From Vampirovibrionaceae bacterium NZW_1234 (lineage in GTDB: Bacteria; Cyanobacteriota; Vampirovibrionia; Vampirovibrionales; JAGQHJ01), in contig JBGUGD010000016.1 of assembly GCA_041697335.1 (NCBI GenBank), forward strand, positions 128,001 to 192,000: a stretch of 64,000 nucleotides of DNA, given 5' to 3'. This document shows positions 29,399 to 37,476 of the stretch, in pieces. The number at the start of each line of letters is the position of its first letter. Position 1 is the first letter of the stretch. Position numbers and translations under genes: made by a program. The notes below the pieces were generated by a model. It ran no database searches. It had not been told where the DNA came from and was given only the letters and a program-made list of their open reading frames with translations.

Positions 29399-30715
29399 GT
29401 GGTGAACCTGTCTCAAATCAAAACGTATTTTGGCATTGATGACGCCCAAACCAGCATCCGGCGTGAGATTCTGGGAGGCATCACCACCTTTGTAACCCTG
29501 GCCTACATTATTGTGGTCAACCCCAAGATCCTGGAGGCAGCCGGCATTCCCTTTGGCCCTTCCATGGTGGCCACCATCCTCACGGGCTTCCTGGGCACCA
29601 TGCTGATGGGAATTTACGCCCGCAGGCCCTTCGCCATTGCCCCCTATATGGGCCAAAATGCCTTTGTGGCTTTTACTCTGGTCAAAATCATGGGTATCCC
29701 CTGGCAAACCGCCCTGGGTCTGACCTTTATTTCCGGCCTGATCTTTGCGCTCCTGACCCTCAGCCACATTCGTCCCTGGCTGGTGAATGCCATCCCTCAG
29801 CAACTCAAGTTGGCATTTAGCGGGGGCATTGGTCTCTTCTTAAGCTTTATTGGCCTCAACATTAGTGGCTTAATCCGTTTGGGCGTGCCGGATGCCCCTG
29901 TGACCTTGGGTTATCTGAATCGCCCGGAAACCCTTCTGGCGGCTCTCGGATTTATTCTCATCAGTCTGATGATGGTCCGGCGACTCAATGGCGCATTGCT
30001 CTTGGGCATCCTCGGCATCACCGGCCTGGGGTTTCTCTTGGGCAAAGTGCCCTTGCCGCCTCAGTGGATCAGCATGCCACCGGACATTCGTCCCATTCTT
30101 GGCCAATTAGACCTGCTAGGAGCGTTGAATCCGGCACTCCTTCCCATCCTTTTGGTGTTCTTGGTGCTCATCTTTGTCGATACCATGGGCACCCTGATCG
30201 GCATTGCCTATAAGGCCAACTTCCTGGATTCACAAGGCCGCCTGCCGGATGTGGAAAAGCCCATGTTGTGTGATTCACTGGCCACCATGGCGGCAGCAAC
30301 CCTGGGCACAACCACGGCCGGGGCCTATATTGAATCCATTGCCGGCATTGAGGCCGGGGGGCGCACCGGCCTTACCGCAGTGGTCACAGCGTTGTTGTTC
30401 TTGTGCGCCTTGTTTTTTGCCCCGCTTTTTTCCAGTGTACCCGCCTTTGCCTACGGCCCTGCCCTGGTGGTGGTCGGCATGATGATGCTGTCTTCACTCA
30501 AAGACCTGGATACTGGGGATCTGACAGAGCTTATCCCGGCATTTACAACGCTCGTGATGATTTGCTTTACATATAACCTGGGCATTGGCATGGCGGCAGG
30601 CTTTATTGTTTACCCGCTGATTAAAACCCTCAGTGGCCGCTCCGGCGATGTTGCCCCGGGTTTATGGGTGTTAAGTGCCCTGTCTCTGGCGTTTTTTATC
30701 TTCTACCCCTATTGA
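29399..30715 (+). CDS. NCS2/AzgA family purine permease
   Basis: Motifs REILGGITTF...AYIIVVNP, APYMGQNAF, DTMGTL and YIES.AGI.AGGRTG. Confidence 0.93.
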   Translation: MVNLSQIKTYFGIDDAQTSIRREILGGITTFVTLAYIIVVNPKILEAAGIPFGPSMVATILTGFLGTMLMGIYARRPFAIAPYMGQNAFVAFTLVKIMGIPWQTALGLTFISGLIFALLTLSHIRPWLVNAIPQQLKLAFSGGIGLFLSFIGLNISGLIRLGVPDAPVTLGYLNRPETLLAALGFILISLMMVRRLNGALLLGILGITGLGFLLGKVPLPPQWISMPPDIRPILGQLDLLGALNPALLPILLVFLVLIFVDTMGTLIGIAYKANFLDSQGRLPDVEKPMLCDSLATMAAATLGTTTAGAYIESIAGIEAGGRTGLTAVVTALLFLCALFFAPLFSSVPAFAYGPALVVVGMMMLSSLKDLDTGDLTELIPAFTTLVMICFTYNLGIGMAAGFIVYPLIKTLSGRSGDVAPGLWVLSALSLAFFIFYPY

Positions 30716-31422
30716 TAGGCAGCCCGCAGGGCCGCCATATCCATGTGTTGTGGCATTAAGCAATGGGTTAAAAAAGCTTGCCCTAGACGAATGGCCTCTG
30801 GATCAATCCCATGCCCCAACCCTGAAATGCAATGCGTCACCAGGGGCACCCCATGATGCTCCAGGGTCTGCGAAGCATCCTGCCATTCCGAGAGGGGGAT
30901 CACCGTATCCTCATCCCCATGGATCAACGCAACGGGGGGCTTGGAGCGAAGCTCATCGGCCAGGGTTTCAACGCCAGCCAAGCGTCCGGAGTAACCCAAA
31001 ATCCCAGCACATGGGTGAGGCCGCCGCAGCGCCGTATATAAAGCCATAATGGTGCCTTGGGAAAAGCCCACCAAGACCAAGCGTGACTCGGGCAAGCCGC
31101 GTTGGGTCAATTGACTGTCGATAAATGCGTCCAGAATAGGAGCCACTTCCTGGACCCGTTGCGTGCGCACCTCCGGCGTAATCCCGTCCAGACTAAACCA
31201 TTGATAGGCATCGGTCATCCAGGGTATCCCGCCATCAAAAGGATACGGAGCATTTGGAGAAACGAATTCGGTATTAGGCAAGGCTGGTGCCCAAAACTCG
31301 GCAAGAGAAATCAGATCGGCCCCACTGGCGCCCACCCCATGAAGCAAAATCACCAAGGAGTCGGCAGCCTGTCCGGAAACAGGTTTTTGGTAATAATCCG
31401 GCTGCAATTGGGGTTTTATCAT
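30709..31422 (-). CDS. phospholipase/carboxylesterase (alpha/beta hydrolase)
   Basis: Motifs LHGVG, GFSQG, HGDED and GHGI. Confidence 0.92.
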   Translation of the reverse strand: MIKPQLQPDYYQKPVSGQAADSLVILLHGVGASGADLISLAEFWAPALPNTEFVSPNAPYPFDGGIPWMTDAYQWFSLDGITPEVRTQRVQEVAPILDAFIDSQLTQRGLPESRLVLVGFSQGTIMALYTALRRPHPCAGILGYSGRLAGVETLADELRSKPPVALIHGDEDTVIPLSEWQDASQTLEHHGVPLVTHCISGLGHGIDPEAIRLGQAFLTHCLMPQHMDMAALRAAYQ

Positions 31423-31556
31423 CAGGTGTCGATCCTTTTCGTATTAACGTATCTGATTTTAAGCGTTCTGCTTCTTTGCCATTCTGGACAATAATGTCTT
31501 GTTATTGTACCGGCACCCAAGCGCAGTGTCATTGCCTGAAGATTGCGAAGTTCAGT

Positions 31557-32531
31557 TTAAATCCATCGCTGAGATCGAAAGTAACCAAGCATCCCTAGAG
31601 CCACCAAGATCATGGTCCAAATGGTGAGCCAAAAGCCCCATGGGTTATGCAAAAAAGGCATATGGTCAAAATTCATCCCATACACCCCGGTAATCACATT
31701 GAGCGGCAACATAATGGTGGCCAGCACCGTCAAGAACTGCACAACCGTGTTCACCCGGGCCGCACTAATCGCATATTGAATCTGCATCGCCCCTTGCAAA
31801 GCCTGCTGGTGATGAGCCGTAAAATCCACCACCCGAACCACGTGATCATAAATATCCTTGAATCGTCTCGCCTGGTCTCGGTCGATAAAAGCCATATCCG
31901 AGTGACTCAGTTCATAAAACACGTCTTGGTTTTTCATCGACAGGCGGCGCAATAATAAAACCGCTTTGGTCAATTGGAAATACTGATCCGATAGAGACGC
32001 TTCGGAGGAATACGCTTGAATCGCATCTTCCAGGGCTTCTATGCGGGCATCCATGTCATCCAAAGCCGGCAAATAACTGTCAATCATGCCGTCCAGGACC
32101 TCATAGGCCAACGCGGTTGTCCCGTACATCAAGCGACCTTGCCCTTGGTCCGCACGATGCTTTAAGGTTTCCAGCACAGGAATAGGCCCGTCATGAACCG
32201 TAATAAGAAGCCGCTCACCCAAGAACCCATCCAATTCAACCGGTTGATACTCTGTCTGCTCAAGCCCCAGTTCTACGCCCAAGACAATAAAAAAGTGGTA
32301 ATTGCGAAAGGACTCTAACTTGGGCGATTGACGCGGGTGCATGCAATCCTCCACGGCCAAGGCGTCCAAATGAAAATCGTCTACCAAAACCGCCGAATCC
32401 TCCAGCGTCGGGTTGGTGACGTCCACCCAAACATACCAGGTCGGATCGGCTAGCCGACTGAGCACATCGACTAACGGCACATTGCGCTGCCATGTGTTTT
32501 CGACCGTATTAAAGGCAATACACTCCATCAT
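31557..32531 (-). CDS. corA: magnesium/cobalt transporter CorA
   Basis: YGMNF signature, two C-terminal TM helices and WVDV..P. Start set at ATG 32531 to give a CorA-sized protein; the frame stays open to 32735. Confidence 0.9.
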   Translation of the reverse strand: MMECIAFNTVENTWQRNVPLVDVLSRLADPTWYVWVDVTNPTLEDSAVLVDDFHLDALAVEDCMHPRQSPKLESFRNYHFFIVLGVELGLEQTEYQPVELDGFLGERLLITVHDGPIPVLETLKHRADQGQGRLMYGTTALAYEVLDGMIDSYLPALDDMDARIEALEDAIQAYSSEASLSDQYFQLTKAVLLLRRLSMKNQDVFYELSHSDMAFIDRDQARRFKDIYDHVVRVVDFTAHHQQALQGAMQIQYAISAARVNTVVQFLTVLATIMLPLNVITGVYGMNFDHMPFLHNPWGFWLTIWTMILVALGMLGYFRSQRWI

Positions 32532-32833
32532 GGTCTCATTGTCTTGGGAAGAGACTGTCTTGACAAGCTCTGCCTCTTGAAGCTCGATATCAGGCGATTT
32601 AAACGCAACCCAGAATTCCCCATCCAGGGAATGACGTTTTTGACTGGGCATCGTATGCTGAAGATGTCCCGGAATGCCGAATGTTGCAGTAAGCACTCCG
32701 GGACTTTGGCATTTCATGCCCCAAAAAGCGCCCAATATCTTGAGCGGAGGTTTAGAAAGCCTTCAAATTGGGAATAATAGGCAATAAACGCCCTGAACAT
32801 ATTCCCTTGATAGGATTATAGACCTGAAACTCA

Positions 32834-33025
32834 AAGACAAAATCGACAAATCTCGACAAAACGCGTCGAATCGCCCGCATTGATACACAAAAAGCCCGAA
32901 AACGCTTTCAGACAGGCTTTTTACGGTTCAGCACAAGCTTAAACGTCGCAAAAAAGACGCGTCACCATCGCAAAATATTGCGCAGGCGACGATCTTTTTG
33001 TCGACCTTTGTCGATCGAGTCGCTA
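32834..33025. repeat. intergenic element with inverted arrays of TCGACAAA direct repeats
   Basis: TCGACAAA at 32843 and 32853, TTTGTCGA at 32997 and 33007, and an internal AAAAAGCC..GGCTTTTT hairpin at about 32889-32922. Confidence 0.7.
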
Positions 33026-33035
33026 TCAATCTTTT

Positions 33036-33572
33036 CTAGGGCATTAATGGCGCACAAAGCACACGGCCACCAGCATCCCCAGCCGGATCCGTCCGGTAGT
33101 CATCGGCTTTTTCATGAACCATCAGTGCTGAACCATTGTCATCCAGAATACTGTTGGGTTTTCCAGCCTCAAGAGTAACTCCTGGCGCCAGGACATCCAC
33201 ATGGGCTTCGCCCTGGGCATTGGCAAAGACATTGGGCATATCCCCGGCATGGGCCCCACTGGCTTGAGCAAACCCATGGACCTTTTTATCGGGGTTAAAG
33301 TGCCCACCGGCAGCCTTGAAATCCGGGGTCGTGCATTGTCCGGTCTCATGGATATGAAAGGCATGCCATCCTGGCGTAAGACCCTTTAATTGAGCTTGGA
33401 TAAGCACGCCATGCGGTGTTTCCCGAAGCGTCGCTTTTCCAGCACATTGGCCCTGGGCATTGATAAAACCCGCCGTCCGCTCCTGCGGAGTGCTCTGAGC
33501 CATGCTGTCCTGGAATTGGGTAAGCAGGGTCACTAAGATCATGGCGACACCGAAGAGATATTCTTTACGCAT
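33036..33572 (-). CDS. sodC: Cu/Zn superoxide dismutase family protein, exported
   Basis: Motifs HAFHIHE, AGGHFNP, HAGDMPN and VHE..DD...DPAG.AG.R. Signal peptide after ATG 33572. Confidence 0.88.
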   Translation of the reverse strand: MRKEYLFGVAMILVTLLTQFQDSMAQSTPQERTAGFINAQGQCAGKATLRETPHGVLIQAQLKGLTPGWHAFHIHETGQCTTPDFKAAGGHFNPDKKVHGFAQASGAHAGDMPNVFANAQGEAHVDVLAPGVTLEAGKPNSILDDNGSALMVHEKADDYRTDPAGDAGGRVLCAPLMP

Positions 33573-33789
33573 AGCTGTTCCTCTTTCTCTGGATCGGGTT
33601 GACGCATATCGCTTTACCCTACCGGGAGCTACAGGAAAAATCAATGCCCCGTGTCATCAAACCCCTTCTCTGATTACAGCCATTGTAAAATCCGTATGTC
33701 ACCTTTAAAATATCGGTGAACTTGCCCGGGAAATGTCCCTGTATGGGCACTGAAATCTGTATCAACCAGTGATGAAAGAGGGAAGGTTT

Positions 33790-35202
33790 ATGTCCAGCCA
33801 AGTTTTAACACCCAACACGGCTACTCGCATCGAATCCGACAGCATGGGGAATATCGAAGTTCCTGCCGATCGCTATTACGGAGCCCAAACAGCCCGGTCG
33901 CTGATTCACTTCAACATTGGTGAGGATATTATGCCACGCCCCATTATTGAAGCCTTTGGTGTTTTGAAGAAAGCAGCAGCACTGGTTAATCGGGATCTCG
34001 GCAAACTCGCTCCCGAAAAAGCCGACTTGATTGTTCAGGCTGCCGATGAAGTCATTGCCGGAAAACTGGATGATCATTTTCCGCTTCGCATCTGGCAAAC
34101 TGGCAGCGGCACACAGACCAACATGAACGCAAACGAAGTCATCTCCAACCGAGCCATTGAGTTGGCTGGTGGCCAGATGGGCAGCAAAGAGCCTATTCAC
34201 CCCAATGACCACGTCAATATGTCCCAATCCTCCAACGACACTTTCCCTACGGCCATGCATATTGCAGCTGCCGCACAAGTGAAAAACGTTCTGATTCCGG
34301 CTGTTCAAGAAGTCCGAGATGCCTTGAATGCCAAAGCCCAACAGTATGCCAATGTCGTCAAAATTGGTAGGACCCACTTGCAAGATGCCACTCCTTTAAC
34401 CCTGGGGCAAGAGATTTCGGCTTGGGCCAACATGCTCGATCGCGACATTGAGCGCTTGGAAGCCGTGCTTCCTGGATTGTATGACCTCGCCATCGGCGGA
34501 TCTGCTGTTGGAACCGGTCTAAATACGCACCCGGAATTTGCCGAGCGAGCTGCAAAACAAATTGCTGCGCTTACCAGCCTACCTTTCCGCTCGCATCCCA
34601 ACAAATTTACGGGCCTGTCTTCCCATGACGAACTGGTCTTTGCCAGCGGCGCCGTGAAAACCTTGGCCGCATCCCTGATGAAAATTGCCAACGATATCCG
34701 CTGGCTGGCTTCTGGCCCTCGGTGTGGTTTAGGAGAGCTGACCCTCCCGGAAAATGAGCCCGGCTCCTCAATTATGCCTGGCAAAGTCAACCCAACCCAA
34801 AGTGAAGCGATGACCATGGTGGCTGTTCAGGTCTTCGGCAATGATGCTGCTATTGGCTTTGCCGGTTCACAGGGGAACTTCGAGTTGAACGTCTTTAAAC
34901 CGGTTATGATCCATAATTTTCTGCACTCGGTTCGCCTTATCGCTGATGCCTGCCATGGCTTTGTCAAATACTGCGTAAACGGCATCGAAATCAACGAGGA
35001 GCGCATTCAATACTACGTCAACAACTCGCTCATGCTGGTCACGGCACTGAACCCCAAAATTGGTTATGACAAGGCAGCTAAAATTGCCAAAACCGCCCAC
35101 CAAGAAAATCTGAGCTTGAAGGAAGCCTGTCTGAAACTGGGGTACCTGACGGCAGAAGAATTTGATGCCATCGTGGTTCCCGAATCCATGACCCATCCTT
35201 AA
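33790..35202 (+). CDS. fumC: fumarate hydratase class II
   Basis: Motifs [19 protein letters not shown] and [13 protein letters not shown]. Confidence 0.98.
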   Translation: MSSQVLTPNTATRIESDSMGNIEVPADRYYGAQTARSLIHFNIGEDIMPRPIIEAFGVLKKAAALVNRDLGKLAPEKADLIVQAADEVIAGKLDDHFPLRIWQTGSGTQTNMNANEVISNRAIELAGGQMGSKEPIHPNDHVNMSQSSNDTFPTAMHIAAAAQVKNVLIPAVQEVRDALNAKAQQYANVVKIGRTHLQDATPLTLGQEISAWANMLDRDIERLEAVLPGLYDLAIGGSAVGTGLNTHPEFAERAAKQIAALTSLPFRSHPNKFTGLSSHDELVFASGAVKTLAASLMKIANDIRWLASGPRCGLGELTLPENEPGSSIMPGKVNPTQSEAMTMVAVQVFGNDAAIGFAGSQGNFELNVFKPVMIHNFLHSVRLIADACHGFVKYCVNGIEINEERIQYYVNNSLMLVTALNPKIGYDKAAKIAKTAHQENLSLKEACLKLGYLTAEEFDAIVVPESMTHP

Positions 35203-35226
35203 GAGTCCTGTTTACGCAGGGAATGC

Positions 35227-36195
35227 TCAAATGACCGTTGCCGGATTGGAAGCGGTCATTTGCTTTTGGAACACACGTTCATAATAGGCCCAGGCAGCTT
35301 CCATACCTTGATAGCATGAGGTTAAGACCTGTTTATGCCCGCGACTGACCATATCGCCTATGGCAAACACGTTTGGCACGGAGGTCTCAAAGTGCTCATC
35401 CACCTCCACATAGCCTTGGGCATCTTGCACCACACCGAGTTGAGCCACAAGCCCGATATTGGGTTCCTGGTGTAAGGGAGGAATAAATAAAGTAGACACT
35501 GGGATACGCTGATTATCCTCGACTATTATTGCCTCCAGATGGTGCTCATGACTCACCACGGTCTTAATGCGCTGAGAATAAATGGGGATTCCTGTGTGCT
35601 TTAAATGGTTCAGTAAGCGCGGATCATCGCAAGCCAAGACATTGCCATGAGTGAAAAGAGACACCGTGGGACTGAACCGTCGTAATCGCAGGGCCTGTTC
35701 CACAGCATGGGCATCATACCCCAATACGGCAGCAGGCTGGCCCACCGCCTCTTTACCATTACTCTCCACCGACCAGAAAATAGACTGACCCACCGATTGA
35801 TTCAGCCCTGGAATTTCAACCCACTGATTGCGCACCCCAACGGCGAGAAACAAGGCCTCGGCCGTATAGTTTCGATCTTCTGTAATCACTCGAAACCGGG
35901 TATCTTCTCGACTGATGGCGGTGACAGAACCAATATGATAATCACATCCAGCTTGCTGGGCATGCTGGATGCCCAGCCATTTCAGTTCATGGCGCTCAAT
36001 GCCATTAGGAAACCCGGGCACATTAGGAAACTGCCCGGGTGTTTCACTACGCCCAGCCCCTTGCTCAAAGGTTTCTGAGACCAAAACCAGCCGATCCAGA
36101 AGGAGGGTCCGGACCAAAAATCGCCCGAGATATATCCCCGCCGTAAAACCGGCTGGGCCAGCTCCCAGAATAATAGCTTCATAATGATTATTCAT
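35227..36195 (-). CDS. thioredoxin-reductase-like FAD oxidoreductase lacking CxxC
   Basis: GAGPAG FAD motif and TSVPNVFAIGD. WSVESNG stands where CxxCDG is expected. Confidence 0.82.
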   Translation of the reverse strand: MNNHYEAIILGAGPAGFTAGIYLGRFLVRTLLLDRLVLVSETFEQGAGRSETPGQFPNVPGFPNGIERHELKWLGIQHAQQAGCDYHIGSVTAISREDTRFRVITEDRNYTAEALFLAVGVRNQWVEIPGLNQSVGQSIFWSVESNGKEAVGQPAAVLGYDAHAVEQALRLRRFSPTVSLFTHGNVLACDDPRLLNHLKHTGIPIYSQRIKTVVSHEHHLEAIIVEDNQRIPVSTLFIPPLHQEPNIGLVAQLGVVQDAQGYVEVDEHFETSVPNVFAIGDMVSRGHKQVLTSCYQGMEAAWAYYERVFQKQMTASNPATVI

Positions 36196-36210
36196 CTGGC
36201 AAGAGCCCCC

Positions 36211-36771
36211 CTAAATTTCACTGTCATACTCCGGGGCACGCTGGGTGTCATGGCGGTGAGCTTGATCTTGATGGGGATGCCCTGCCCTTCCCATGTGTTG
36301 TGTATTTACCGGTGTTTCCTGAGGTTTTTCCATTGATACCAGACGTTCCGCATGGGCTTTGAAGGCCTGCAAATCCTCAAACAACATCTGCTCCACCCGT
36401 TTTCCGAAGAGTTCACCCACAAATTCCCCTGACTTAACGGGCGGATTTAGCATAATCTCAACATGAAGCCGGGTACGCTCCTCACCCAGCGCTTCAAATT
36501 GAATCGCCCCTGACGCATCCACAAGGGCACGTTCAGCACTATGCCAGGAAATCACCCGATCTTCATCCAGTACATCCAAGACCGTCTCCCATTGAATCGG
36601 TTTCTGCAAGTGGGGATCGGTAATTTGCCATTGCCAGAATGTTTGGTTCCCTCGCGTCAAGGAACTTTCAACCACCCGAAAAAAAGGGCTGGGGCATTGC
36701 GAACAAGTCCACATCTCAAAACACAGGTGGACAGGTGCATCCACCTCCATGGTTGTCTCCAGATACCCCAT
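36211..36771 (-). CDS. SRPBCC/cyclase-dehydrase family protein
   Basis: Motifs VDAPV...F..W, ISWHS, G.I.F and EDL..FK. Confidence 0.8.
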   Translation of the reverse strand: MGYLETTMEVDAPVHLCFEMWTCSQCPSPFFRVVESSLTRGNQTFWQWQITDPHLQKPIQWETVLDVLDEDRVISWHSAERALVDASGAIQFEALGEERTRLHVEIMLNPPVKSGEFVGELFGKRVEQMLFEDLQAFKAHAERLVSMEKPQETPVNTQHMGRAGHPHQDQAHRHDTQRAPEYDSEI

Positions 36772-37096
36772 GTCACTTCCTCCATTACCCAGACCTTAAG
36801 TCCCTCATTAGATTTTGCCAAAGCATTCCACCATTTACCATCGCCTAATCAGGGAAAGAGGAGGTAAACAGACCCATCTCTCTGCTTGGACTGGGAGCGT
36901 CCGAATTCTTGTGATCAATCCTGCATGAGACCGATCTGGACACCCCTTTCTGAAACCGGATTCATCAGAGACCGAATCATGTCAAAACCACAACGTACAG
37001 ACTCTTCTTACCCAATCCCAGCTTTGTCTCTCACCTGAAGGTAGTACTCCTTTTGACTCATTCCTTTAGGGGGGTGGTATTTTGACCTCACGACTA

Positions 37097-37122
37097 TCAA
37101 GACCTAACAAAAACGGTCGATG
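37097..37122 (+). promoter_or_regulatory. putative sigma-28 (FliA)-type promoter of the che operon
   Basis: TCAA-N15-GTCGATG compared with the consensus TAAA-N15-GCCGATAA. Lies about 43 nt before the STAS ATG. Confidence 0.4.
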
Positions 37123-37164
37123 CTTTTCTATAACGGGAACCAGAATCATGGGAGACTCGCACAA

Positions 37165-37476
37165 ATGACTCAGCCCTCTCAAGGATTGACCATCGAGGTG
37201 TCCGAAATCCTCCGTCAGAATCAAGCCAAACTGCTTCAAGAACATCTGTGCCACAGCTTGGCGACTAAAATGCCTTCGAGTATTACATTGGATTTAACCC
37301 GGACCACCGACGTGGATATGGCCGGAATTCAACTCTTATTGGGGCTCTTTAACACCTGCCAGGAGCGTGGTTTAACGGTCCAAATTGACATTGCCTCGCC
37401 CAAACTCCGTGATCTGTTCAAGACGTTGGGCTTAACCAAACGTGTGGCCATTCGGGAGGTAAGCCTCCATGGATAG
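37165..37476 (+). CDS. STAS domain protein
   Basis: Motif LDL..T.DVDMAGIQLL. GGAG precedes ATG 37165. Confidence 0.8.
   Translation: MTQPSQGLTIEVSEILRQNQAKLLQEHLCHSLATKMPSSITLDLTRTTDVDMAGIQLLLGLFNTCQERGLTVQIDIASPKLRDLFKTLGLTKRVAIREVSLHG

Noticed and set aside
33805..35196. Long minus-strand ORFs inside fumC
   Set aside because: They are antisense shadows of a conserved, codon-biased gene.
36772..37096. c-di-GMP riboswitch ahead of the che operon
   Set aside because: No convincing GEMM two-hairpin motif could be identified by eye.
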